DNA of 37,795 nucleotides from Deltaproteobacteria bacterium. GTDB taxonomy: Bacteria; Desulfobacterota; Desulfarculia; Adiutricales; Adiutricaceae. This document shows, piece after piece, positions 18,182-26,473 of the stretch; position 1 is the stretch's first letter, and each line of letters starts with the position of its first letter. The notes beneath the pieces were generated by a model, which made no database searches, was not told the DNA's origin, and saw only the letters and a list, made by a program, of their open reading frames with translations. Position numbers and translations under genes: made by a program. The DNA lies in the NCBI GenBank assembly GCA_031279155.1, contig JAITJB010000028.1, forward strand, positions 1-37,795, given 5' to 3'.

Positions 18182-19627
18182 CTAAAGGATTTCTAAAAAT
18201 TCCTCTCGCTCCCACTCTGAGATAAAAGTCTTAAATTCCGGCGTGCCATAGGAGGGACAGTTTTCCTTGGCCGTTTTAATGTCCCAATTTTTCATGGCCT
18301 CCACCACCTTTACGAGCTCTGGGCCATAAGCCTCTTTAAGATCGCTATCTTGTTGAAAGGCTAAGAGAGAATCTTCAAGAGAGTCCGGAAGCAGCGGTAT
18401 AGAAGGATCGGCCCAGACATCGTGGAGGGCCGGCGGCGGGCAAGCCATAACGTCTTTAATGCCTAAATAGCCGGCGGCTAAAGTTGAGAGGGCGGAGAGA
18501 TAAGGGTTAGCCGGGGCGCAGGCCAGGCGGTTTTCTAGGTGCGTACTCTGGCCTCGGGTGCTTTTGATGCGGAAGCCCACCGAACGGTTCTCAAAGCCCC
18601 AAGTGGCCGTGGTCGGGGCGCAGACCCCGGGCCGATAGCGTTTGTAGCAGTTGACCGTTGGGGCCGTAAAAACGGTATTGGCCGGCGCGTGCTCAATGAT
18701 GCCGGCTAAAAAATGCTTGAGCAGATCTGACAAGCCGTCTTCTTGGCTATTATCTAAAAAGGCGTTCTGGCCAGTTCGGCGGTCGATTAAGGATATGTGG
18801 ATGTGGGCTCCGGAGGCGCAGCGATCGATATAAGGCTTGGTCATAAAGGAGGCCACATAGCCGTATTGGCGGGAAATTTCCTTAATGGCGTACTTAAAGC
18901 ACTGGGCCTCGTCAACGGCGGCTAAACCATCTCGGCAGTCAAGGTTGAGCTCCTGTTGACCAGGACCTTGTTCGGAATTTTGCGTAATAATTCTAAAACC
19001 CGCCGCTTGAAGCGTATCCATCATACCATAAAGATAGTCAATGTCGAAATTATTATATAAGGTCAGGAAGATAGGCTGGGAGCCGTAGGCTGGTTCTAAA
19101 GTTCCCTCTTTGAAGAGATAAAATTCAAACTCAAAGCCGAAACGGACGATATAGCCGAGATCATAGTATTTCTTTAAGTATTTTTTTAATAATATCCTCG
19201 GCGTGGCCATGAGCGGCCGGCCATCGTACCAGTGGGGATCGACGATGATCCTGGCCGTATTGGGAACCCAGGGTAGGACCATAAAGGTCGATAAATCCGG
19301 GATAGTCCGAGCGTCGCCGTAGGTGACCTCTTCGCCATAACCCGTGCCCGGGGCGCATCTGGTCTGGACGTCGCAGGTGAGGATGCCGCCATAAAAGTTT
19401 AAGCCGTGCTCTAAGTAGTGCTTAAAATAATTTATGGGGACATTTTTGCTGCGGGGAATGCCATAAAGGTCGTACTGCTCGAAGCGGACATACTTGATGT
19501 CGTGCTCTTTAATTTTGTGGTCAATGTCTAAAAGAAGATTGTTGCCGTAAACGTTGTTTTTGGCCTTGGCCATGGCCTCTTTCGGCGTTAGGCTCTCTTG
19601 AGGATCGATATCAGTCAAATAGGTCAT
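18182..19627 (-). CDS. Glutamine-synthetase-family (type I-like) gamma-glutamyl ligase
   Basis: GS catalytic-domain motifs are present: GFEFEFYLF, GPGQQELN, SGAHIHISL, NRSVGFRI and HLENRLACAPANPYL. An AGGAG RBS lies upstream. Confidence 0.8.
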   Translation of the reverse strand: MTYLTDIDPQESLTPKEAMAKAKNNVYGNNLLLDIDHKIKEHDIKYVRFEQYDLYGIPRSKNVPINYFKHYLEHGLNFYGGILTCDVQTRCAPGTGYGEEVTYGDARTIPDLSTFMVLPWVPNTARIIVDPHWYDGRPLMATPRILLKKYLKKYYDLGYIVRFGFEFEFYLFKEGTLEPAYGSQPIFLTLYNNFDIDYLYGMMDTLQAAGFRIITQNSEQGPGQQELNLDCRDGLAAVDEAQCFKYAIKEISRQYGYVASFMTKPYIDRCASGAHIHISLIDRRTGQNAFLDNSQEDGLSDLLKHFLAGIIEHAPANTVFTAPTVNCYKRYRPGVCAPTTATWGFENRSVGFRIKSTRGQSTHLENRLACAPANPYLSALSTLAAGYLGIKDVMACPPPALHDVWADPSIPLLPDSLEDSLLAFQQDSDLKEAYGPELVKVVEAMKNWDIKTAKENCPSYGTPEFKTFISEWEREEFLEIL

Positions 19628-19688
19628 GTTGGCTAGCTCCTTGAAAAGAAAAAGAGAACAATAAAGCTTAAACTCTCGATAAAAAAAC

Positions 19689-20846
19689 TTAGGCCGCGAT
19701 ATTTAGACCGGCGATATCAAAGGCGCTGAGGCCAGTTGGATCTTTAATCTTAAAGTCCACCACAAGGCCAATAGAAATTTGATCCAAAACCGTGGCCGGA
19801 GCTAGCATGGTGACTAGTTCCCTACCTATGCCCACGGTTACCGAAAGCGTGCGGCCCAAGGACTCGATGTCTATGATGGGTCCTTGGGCTAAAATATCCG
19901 GATAGAGAGGATTTTGGGGATTATTTGGTTTTTCATTGGGTGATTTATCGATTGTTGTTGGCCCGTTAGGTAGAATGAGACTTACGTTTTCCGGCCTTAA
20001 GCCAATGGTAAACTTAGCCAAGTTACGTTGGGCTAAGACTTCGGATAGATGAGCCGGGCAGGGTAATTGTTGGCCCAAAAGGGAAATGCGTCCATTTGAG
20101 TAACCAGATCTTAGAAGATTAATCTGAGGGGAGCCGACAAAGAGAGCGGTATGGGTGTTGACGGGCCTATCGTAGATATCCGATTGGTCACCGGTTTGGA
20201 CGACCTTACCCTCGTTTAGAACGATAATGGTATCGGCCACGGCTAAGGCTTCGGTAAAGTCCGGGGTTGCCATGAGGAAAGAGTGGCCCTCTTCTCTTTG
20301 AAGGCGCTTTAATTCCGCGCGGATAACGTAGCGAAGCGGGGCGTCTAAGCTACTTAAGGGTTCATCGAGTAAAAAGAACCTTGGTTCCCTAACCAGGGCC
20401 CGGCCCAGGGCAAGTCTTTGCTTTTCGCCGCCAGACATGGTTTTGGGTAACCTATCTAAGACTAAGCTCAGGTTTAGTTTTTCGGCTATCTCAAAAACGC
20501 GGGAGCGTATTTGCTCAAAGGGGACTTTACGCTGGATGAGGGGGCTGGCCAGGTTTTGGAAGCCATTTTTGTTGGGGTATAGAGCGAGATTGTCGAAGAT
20601 CATGGCCAGGTTTCGGTCTTTGGGGGCAAGCTTTGAGATTTCGGTATCGCCCAAGAAGATCTCCCCCCTTAACTGCGGCTCTAAGCCGGCTAATAGTCTT
20701 AGAGTTGTCGTCTTCCCGGCCCCGCCAGGCCCTAAAATAACGGTAAAGCCGGCCTTAGGCGCCTTAAAGGAAACATTATCTAAGGCTTTTTTGGGCCCGT
20801 AGTTTTTACTAAGCCCGCTAGCTGTTAAACCCAAAAATGGCTCCAT
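19689..20846 (-). CDS. ABC transporter ATP-binding protein (MalK/UgpC-type, with C-terminal regulatory/TOBE-like domain)
   Basis: It has Walker A GPGGAGKTT, signature MSGGEKQRLA and Walker B FFLLDEP. I place the start at the ATG at 20846; the track start at 20876 is a TTG overlapping the upstream gene. Confidence 0.85.
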   Translation of the reverse strand: MEPFLGLTASGLSKNYGPKKALDNVSFKAPKAGFTVILGPGGAGKTTTLRLLAGLEPQLRGEIFLGDTEISKLAPKDRNLAMIFDNLALYPNKNGFQNLASPLIQRKVPFEQIRSRVFEIAEKLNLSLVLDRLPKTMSGGEKQRLALGRALVREPRFFLLDEPLSSLDAPLRYVIRAELKRLQREEGHSFLMATPDFTEALAVADTIIVLNEGKVVQTGDQSDIYDRPVNTHTALFVGSPQINLLRSGYSNGRISLLGQQLPCPAHLSEVLAQRNLAKFTIGLRPENVSLILPNGPTTIDKSPNEKPNNPQNPLYPDILAQGPIIDIESLGRTLSVTVGIGRELVTMLAPATVLDQISIGLVVDFKIKDPTGLSAFDIAGLNIAA

Positions 20847-20859
20847 GGTTGGTTTTCCC

Positions 20860-21951
20860 TTAGCTTTCGGCCTCAATCAGGCGGCCTAGACGGTTAAAGA
20901 TAAATAATTTTAAGGGATCAATAGTAAGTCCCGCTGCTTGGCCCCACTTGGGTATGGCGCCGGCGGCTAAGGCCTTTAATTCCAGTTCCCCATCTTTAAC
21001 CGTGATAACGTTATCAAAACCTCGGTACTCAATAGCTGAGATCTGCCCCAAAAGTAAGGGATCGCTTTGGTCGGTAAGCTTTAGATCTTCTGGCCTTAAG
21101 CCTAGATAGTAAAAATTTTGATCGCCAAATTTAACGTTTGGCGGAAGCGATTTATAAGGCAAACGTAAATTAGTTCCCTTATGCCTAAAGGCTAAAAAGC
21201 CCTCGCGCTCGTGGAAGAAGCCGCCTAAGAGGTTCATGGGCGGGGAGCCCAAAAACTGAGCCACCTCGATGACTTTAGGTCTTTCGATGATGATGGAGGT
21301 TTTCTCAACCTCAATTAAGCGGCCAAAATTCATGATGGCTAAGCGGTCAGCTAGAGATAAGGCCTCCACCTGGTCATGGGTGACGTATATGATGGTTAGT
21401 CCCAGCTCCTGCCTGAGGCGCCTGAGTTCTTGGCGCATGGCCAGGCGGGCTTCGGGCTCTAAGTTGGAAAGTGGTTCGTCTAATAAAAGGATAGAGGGCT
21501 TGGTGACTAAGGTCCGGCCAATGGCCACCCTTTGAAGCTCAGATCCGCTTAGGTTTCGGGCTTTAACTTCAAGTTTCGAGGTTAGCCCTAAAAAATCAGC
21601 TGTCTCGGCCACTTCGCTAGCCACAATTTTTGGCGGGGTCTTTTTTACTTCCAGACCAAAAGCTAGGTTCTTTCTAACCGTCATGGAAGTAAAGACAGCG
21701 TAATCTTGGAAGACCAAACCAATGCCGCGTTTTTCGATGGGAACGTTAACAACCGAGCGCCCATCAATTAAGATGTCGCCGCTAGTGGGTTTTTCCAGAC
21801 CAACTATCATATTTAGGGTGCTGGTCTTGCCGCAGCCCGAAGGGCCCAAGAGGGCCATGGTCTCGCCCTTTTCGATGAAAAGGTTGACGTGGTCGACCGC
21901 CGCCTGATTTGAGCCCGGGTATTCCTTGGTAAGGTCGAGTAGTTCAATCAT
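20860..21951 (-). CDS. ABC transporter ATP-binding protein (MalK/UgpC-type), a second distinct copy
   Basis: It has Walker A GPSGCGKTS, signature LSGSELQRVA and Walker B ILLLDEP. Its start forms an ATGA overlap with the upstream permease stop. Confidence 0.88.
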   Translation of the reverse strand: MIELLDLTKEYPGSNQAAVDHVNLFIEKGETMALLGPSGCGKTSTLNMIVGLEKPTSGDILIDGRSVVNVPIEKRGIGLVFQDYAVFTSMTVRKNLAFGLEVKKTPPKIVASEVAETADFLGLTSKLEVKARNLSGSELQRVAIGRTLVTKPSILLLDEPLSNLEPEARLAMRQELRRLRQELGLTIIYVTHDQVEALSLADRLAIMNFGRLIEVEKTSIIIERPKVIEVAQFLGSPPMNLLGGFFHEREGFLAFRHKGTNLRLPYKSLPPNVKFGDQNFYYLGLRPEDLKLTDQSDPLLLGQISAIEYRGFDNVITVKDGELELKALAAGAIPKWGQAAGLTIDPLKLFIFNRLGRLIEAES

Positions 21952-22808
21952 TTCTTGATGGCTCCGAAAGTAAGACCTCTGGCTAGGTGGCCCTGGATAA
22001 AATAGCCGCCTATGATTAAGGGAACCATGGCTAAGACGGCTAAGGCGGCCTGGACGCCGTAGAGGGTTCCGGCGGTAGCCGTTACGTATTTGGCCAGTTG
22101 GACCGGGATGGTGGCAATCTTAGTGTTAGATAAAACCTGGGCGAACATGTACTCCGACCAATTGAGGATAAAAACGAGCATGGTCGTAGAAAATAAGCCG
22201 CCCTTAATTAAGGGCAAAGTTATCGTCAGATGGGCGGCTAGCCGGGATTTACCGTCCAGCATGGCCGCTTCTTCCATCTCGCGGGGCAGATCGTCTACAA
22301 AGCTTTTGAGCATCCAGGTGGAAAAGGGCAGAGTTACGGCCGTATAAATGGCCACCAAGCCCGGGTAGGTATCCATCAGGTTAGTCATGGAAAAGATGAT
22401 GACAAAGGGGACGGCAATGGCCGCTGGCGGAAACATTCGGCCTGATAAGATGATTAACGGCGTGGCCCAATTGGTTCGGCTATAGCGCGATAGCCCGATG
22501 GCCGATATGAGGCCTAAGGCCACAGCTAAAAAGGTCGAGGACAAGGAGGCCATGATAGAACCCAAAACGGCTCGGGTAGCCGACTGGCTCACGCCGCCGA
22601 CCCCGTGAGCCCTAATGGCGTCGGGATCAAAGAGGGTTTGAAAGTTTATTAGCGTCGGCTCGCTTGGAATCCAAATAGCCGGGGAAGCGTTCCAATCAAT
22701 GGGCGGCTTTATAGCCGTCATGACCAACCAAAAGATCGGGAAGAGCACGACGATTAAGGCTAAAACCAACACCGGGATCTGCCATGGGCTAAGCGGTCGA
22801 TTGAGCAT
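21948..22808 (-). CDS. ABC transporter permease (CUT1/MalG-like)
   Basis: The 286-aa protein has six predicted hydrophobic segments and an EAA loop EMEEAAMLDGKSRLAAHLTITLP. Confidence 0.85.
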   Translation of the reverse strand: MLNRPLSPWQIPVLVLALIVVLFPIFWLVMTAIKPPIDWNASPAIWIPSEPTLINFQTLFDPDAIRAHGVGGVSQSATRAVLGSIMASLSSTFLAVALGLISAIGLSRYSRTNWATPLIILSGRMFPPAAIAVPFVIIFSMTNLMDTYPGLVAIYTAVTLPFSTWMLKSFVDDLPREMEEAAMLDGKSRLAAHLTITLPLIKGGLFSTTMLVFILNWSEYMFAQVLSNTKIATIPVQLAKYVTATAGTLYGVQAALAVLAMVPLIIGGYFIQGHLARGLTFGAIKK

Positions 22809-22810
22809 GG

Positions 22811-24010
22811 TTATGACCTGTTTTCCAAAAGCTGGTCCCTAACGGGGATCATCAAAAGATGGACCATAAGTATTGAGCAGGCCAGAACCAAGAAGGCCGC
22901 CGCCGCCCCATAGGCCAATTGGAAGTCATTGAAGGCCAGTTTATAGATGTATAGGCTGATGGTTTCAGTGGCCGTTCCCGGGCCGCCTCGGGTTAAAAGA
23001 AAGACCTCATCGAAGATTTTGATGATCTCCATGGCCCGGATGACAAAGGCCACGATGATGACAGGCCTGAGCATGGGGAAGACGACCTTCCAGAAAACTT
23101 GCCTAGGCGTCGCCCCCAAGATGACGGCGGCCCGGATGGGGTTTTCCGGCACAGAGTTTAAGCCCGAAAGTAAAATTAAAAAAAATAAAGGCGTCCAATG
23201 CCAGACTTCCGTGATGATGACGGCCAAAAAGGCCAAGTTGGAATTTCGGAACCACTCCACCCCGCCTAGGCCCACTAAGGCCAGCATCTGGTTAATGGGG
23301 CCGTTGGACTGAAAGAGCATCCAAAAGGTGTAGCCAACCACGACCGGTAAGACCATCATGGGCGTTAAAAAGGCCGAAAAGAGAAATTTTTGGCCTCTAA
23401 AAGTCCTTAAAAACAGAGTGGCTAAGGCTAAGCCAAAGACAAATTCCAAAGACAGGCAGACCACGGCCAGTAAAGCTGTCCGGCCCACAGCCTGGAGGAA
23501 GCGGTTGTCAAAAATTAAAAGCTCCTGGTAATTTTCTAAGCCCACAAAGCTAGCGTCCCTGAGGCTACTTCTGGTCGGCGACCAGTCAGTAAAGCTCATG
23601 TAGAGAGCCACCACCAAGGGTAAGACCAAAACCACCAGCGAGACTACTTGACCGGGGATAGTAAAGATCCGGCCCTGGTTTTTGGCCTTTTTGCCATTGG
23701 GCTTAAAGGACGCGACAGAAGGGGAAGCTTGATTTTGAGCCTCGCTAGAAGCATCAGAAGCATCAGAGCCAATAGAAGCATTTAAAGGCTCAGCTTCATT
23801 AGTAGGGGCCTTATGAATAGTGGGTTCAATGGGGGCGTTAAGCACGTTGCTCTCAAAGCTTTCAGGGCATTCAATGCTCTCAGGGCTCTCAGGGGTCTCA
23901 GAGCTCTTAGGGCTCTTAGGGCTTTCAGGGCTCTCAATGCTCTCAAGGCTAGAGGCGTTAGCCTCATTTTCTTCCGGGGCCGGGAGCTTATCCAAAATTG
24001 AAGTGGCCAC
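22811..24010 (-). CDS. ABC transporter permease (CUT1/MalF-like) with a ~110-aa low-complexity N-terminal extension
   Basis: The EAA-type loop is ENPIRAAVILGATPRQVFWKVVFP. The N-terminus is rich in S/P/E repeats (SPESPKSPKSSETPESPESIECPESFES). It uses a GTG start with AAGGAAAAG upstream, and the exact start is uncertain. Confidence 0.75.
   Translation of the reverse strand: MATSILDKLPAPEENEANASSLESIESPESPKSPKSSETPESPESIECPESFESNVLNAPIEPTIHKAPTNEAEPLNASIGSDASDASSEAQNQASPSVASFKPNGKKAKNQGRIFTIPGQVVSLVVLVLPLVVALYMSFTDWSPTRSSLRDASFVGLENYQELLIFDNRFLQAVGRTALLAVVCLSLEFVFGLALATLFLRTFRGQKFLFSAFLTPMMVLPVVVGYTFWMLFQSNGPINQMLALVGLGGVEWFRNSNLAFLAVIITEVWHWTPLFFLILLSGLNSVPENPIRAAVILGATPRQVFWKVVFPMLRPVIIVAFVIRAMEIIKIFDEVFLLTRGGPGTATETISLYIYKLAFNDFQLAYGAAAAFLVLACSILMVHLLMIPVRDQLLENRS
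23849..23947. repeat. Eleven consecutive 9-nt units (consensus GCTCTCAGG) inside the permease 5' coding region
   Basis: Read directly: gctctcaaa gctttcagg gcattcaat gctctcagg gctctcagg ggtctcaga gctcttagg gctcttagg gctttcagg gctctcaat gctctcaag. The repeat is in frame and encodes (S/P)-E-S/P-type triplets on the minus strand. Confidence 0.9.
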
Positions 24011-24105
24011 TTAAGTCTTTTCCTTACAATTAGGGTCATCAGGTCCCCGGGCGGAGCCTAGCTCGGCCCGGGGCTATAAGGCTTGGGGATAAATTGAGGC
24101 GTATC

Positions 24106-25680
24106 TCACAGTTTCCAGTCGTCTCGGCCAGTGGCCTTTTTGATGGGCTCAGCTAAGTTCTCAGTTAGAGCGAACCAAGAGGCCCTGACTTTTTCTTTAC
24201 CTTGTCGCCTAGTTATCCTCTCAAAAGCCCTTGAGGCCTCGTCTAAGGCGTCTTTGGGCTTTTTGGATCCGGTTAAGCAGGCGTGGACTTCCTTATCCAA
24301 GGCGTCTTGGAACTCAAAACCACCGGGCAGGCAGAAGTCGGGCACGGTGTTGACGATGTTGTTGTAGAGAATATCTAGGTAATCAGTGGTGTAAGTATCG
24401 ATTAGCCTTTGGGTGGGCTGCTTCATATGGTTGATGCGGTAGGGGTCGGAGTAGCCGCCTAGGTAGGGGATGGCGTCAGCTGAGATGGTAGGAGAGGTCA
24501 TCCACTGGGCGTAGGCGTAAGCCAATTCCGGGTTTTTCGAGTATTTGGAGATAGCAAAACCATAGCCCCAACAGAACATGCCGGCGTATAGGTTAGTGCC
24601 GTCTTCGAGGATGTCGGCGGGCATGACGGTGGCTTTAATCTTGCCAGTCGTAGCCGGACCGGTTGAGGGGGCGGTGGAGTACTTAAAGCCCGAGGGCCAG
24701 ACGATATTGAGGAAGCCCTCGCCCCGGCCGTAAGCGTTGTAGTTGGAAGACCAGGTAAAACTATAAGCGTCGGGGTGGAGGAACTCGTTAACGGCCAACA
24801 TGTCATCTAAGACTTCCAGGCCTTTGGGGGAGTTAAAGGTCGGGTTCATATCCTGGTCAAACCACAGGTGCCCCTTGGAAGCCAGGCGCTGCATGAACAT
24901 CCACTTACAGTAGTAACGGGAGCGGTATTCTAACGATCCGTAGAAGTTATTAGCCGGGTCGTGCATAAACTTGGCTAGATTGTAGTATTCCTTCCAGGTC
25001 TTAGGAACATCGAGGGTGTAGCCGTATTGGTCTTCAAAGGCCTTGATTTTGTCGGGATTTTCAAGGTAATCCTTGCGGCATAGTAAGGTTATCTGATCGC
25101 CATCGCACAATAGGCCGACCACGCGGCCATTATAGAGTTGGGCATGGTGGCTGGCCGGAAAGACTACTCCCCACTCGGGGTGGAAGAGGTCTGGTTGATA
25201 TTTCTCCACCCAATCGGTCAGATCGTAGATGAGGCCAGAATCTAGCCAATCAGGGTAGCTCATGGCCGTGGGCATCATCACGTCGTAGTTGCCGGTTTTA
25301 GTAACCGCCTCCTGCATGCCCTTGGTATGGACGACCTCGTCGGGTTCCTCAATAAACTCCAAGGTAACGCCCAGTTCGTTCTTCCACTTATCGACGTAGG
25401 GAGTCATGTTGCCGATGGAGCCAGTGGGGATGAGGAGGGTTAAGTGTTTGTTAGTGGCCGCCGCCGCTTTCTCCTTGGCTAAGGCCCAGGCCCTTTCCTC
25501 CGGCCCGCTAATGGCGGCCCAGGCCTTGGTCGCCCCCAAGGGGGATAGCGATACAGCGTTGGCTACGGCCAAGCCGACGCCAAAAAGACCCATACGCCTT
25601 AGAAAGGTTCGTCGGTCAATTTGGCCGGTCTCAAAGCTTTTCAAAGTGTCATGGACGGTCTCGCGGATAGAAGACGTCAT
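24106..25680 (-). CDS. ABC transporter extracellular solute-binding protein (family 1) with a twin-arginine signal peptide
   Basis: The N-terminus has DRRTFLRRMGLFGVGLAVANAVS...AWA. At 524 aa it is larger than typical sugar SBPs. The ATG at 25680 is preceded by GGAGG; the track start at 25683 is a TTG. Confidence 0.8.
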   Translation of the reverse strand: MTSSIRETVHDTLKSFETGQIDRRTFLRRMGLFGVGLAVANAVSLSPLGATKAWAAISGPEERAWALAKEKAAAATNKHLTLLIPTGSIGNMTPYVDKWKNELGVTLEFIEEPDEVVHTKGMQEAVTKTGNYDVMMPTAMSYPDWLDSGLIYDLTDWVEKYQPDLFHPEWGVVFPASHHAQLYNGRVVGLLCDGDQITLLCRKDYLENPDKIKAFEDQYGYTLDVPKTWKEYYNLAKFMHDPANNFYGSLEYRSRYYCKWMFMQRLASKGHLWFDQDMNPTFNSPKGLEVLDDMLAVNEFLHPDAYSFTWSSNYNAYGRGEGFLNIVWPSGFKYSTAPSTGPATTGKIKATVMPADILEDGTNLYAGMFCWGYGFAISKYSKNPELAYAYAQWMTSPTISADAIPYLGGYSDPYRINHMKQPTQRLIDTYTTDYLDILYNNIVNTVPDFCLPGGFEFQDALDKEVHACLTGSKKPKDALDEASRAFERITRRQGKEKVRASWFALTENLAEPIKKATGRDDWKL

Positions 25681-25736
25681 CAAATGCCTCCGGTAATTGG
25701 GAAATTGCAGTTGAAAAATAATGTTAATTTTAAAGC

Positions 25737-25770
25737 TTATCCACTTTTCTACTTATCCAAGTTATCCAAG
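25737..25770. promoter_or_regulatory. Three direct TTATCCA repeats in the leader/promoter region of the ABC operon
   Basis: TTATCCACT lies at 25737-25745, TTATCCAAG at 25753-25761 and TTATCCAAG at 25762-25770. They sit 57-90 nt upstream of the SBP ATG at 25680. Confidence 0.5.
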
Positions 25771-26473
25771 GCCGGCCGGTCCGGGACAATAGGGGCTAAG
25801 TTACTTTATGCCCCTAAAAAAATTCTTTATCTACCTAATTAGCCATCTGTTAATCGTAAAGACAGGCTTGACGCAAAGTCTAAGGTCAGACTAGGTAGGG
25901 CTTAGTTAAATTTAGGCGTAAAAAAACCACCAGCCAGATCTCATATTTTGACCTAGCCTTTGGGAAATGGGTTAATGGCCCATTTGACGATGGGACTTAA
26001 AAGCATATTTCGTGCCATGGCCGCAGATTTAATTTTAGTCCGTGACCATGGGCAGTTAAAGAAAACCGTCTAATAGTCTACCTAAGGTGCTACGCCCCGT
26101 TCCGTACTGAAATGTTAAGTTTAGATCGGTAAAGTTACATTTATGTCGAGATGTTCAGATAGGGCTTTGGACTTATGCTGGACTGCTCACGAAGGGCTTT
26201 GACCGTTGATCATTAAAGATTCAGCCTGGTTATAAATTAAGATGGTTTAAAGCCAAGAAGATTTGAAAGGCCTTAGTGGGGGCTTGGGGTAATGGGCGAA
26301 GCTGGGGGTATGGGCGAGGCTTAGGGCATGGGGGGTTATAATAGACCGAGCTTAGCTTATAGCCAGGTTGAGCCTAGAGTGGGCCTAGGTTGGGCTAGAG
26401 TAGGCCTAGGTTGAGCAGTGTATGGCCGGGTTTGGGCCAGGTTACCTAGGCCAAAGCTAGGCTTATGTGGGAT

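Noticed and set aside
23782-24039. Three ORFs (23782-24039 minus, 23813-24001 plus, 23820-24014 plus) with striking LRALRA / LSGLSG periodic sequences.
   Set aside because: They are artefacts of reading the 9-nt tandem repeat in alternative frames and strands. The permease frame is the one that continues into a bona fide MalF-like membrane domain.
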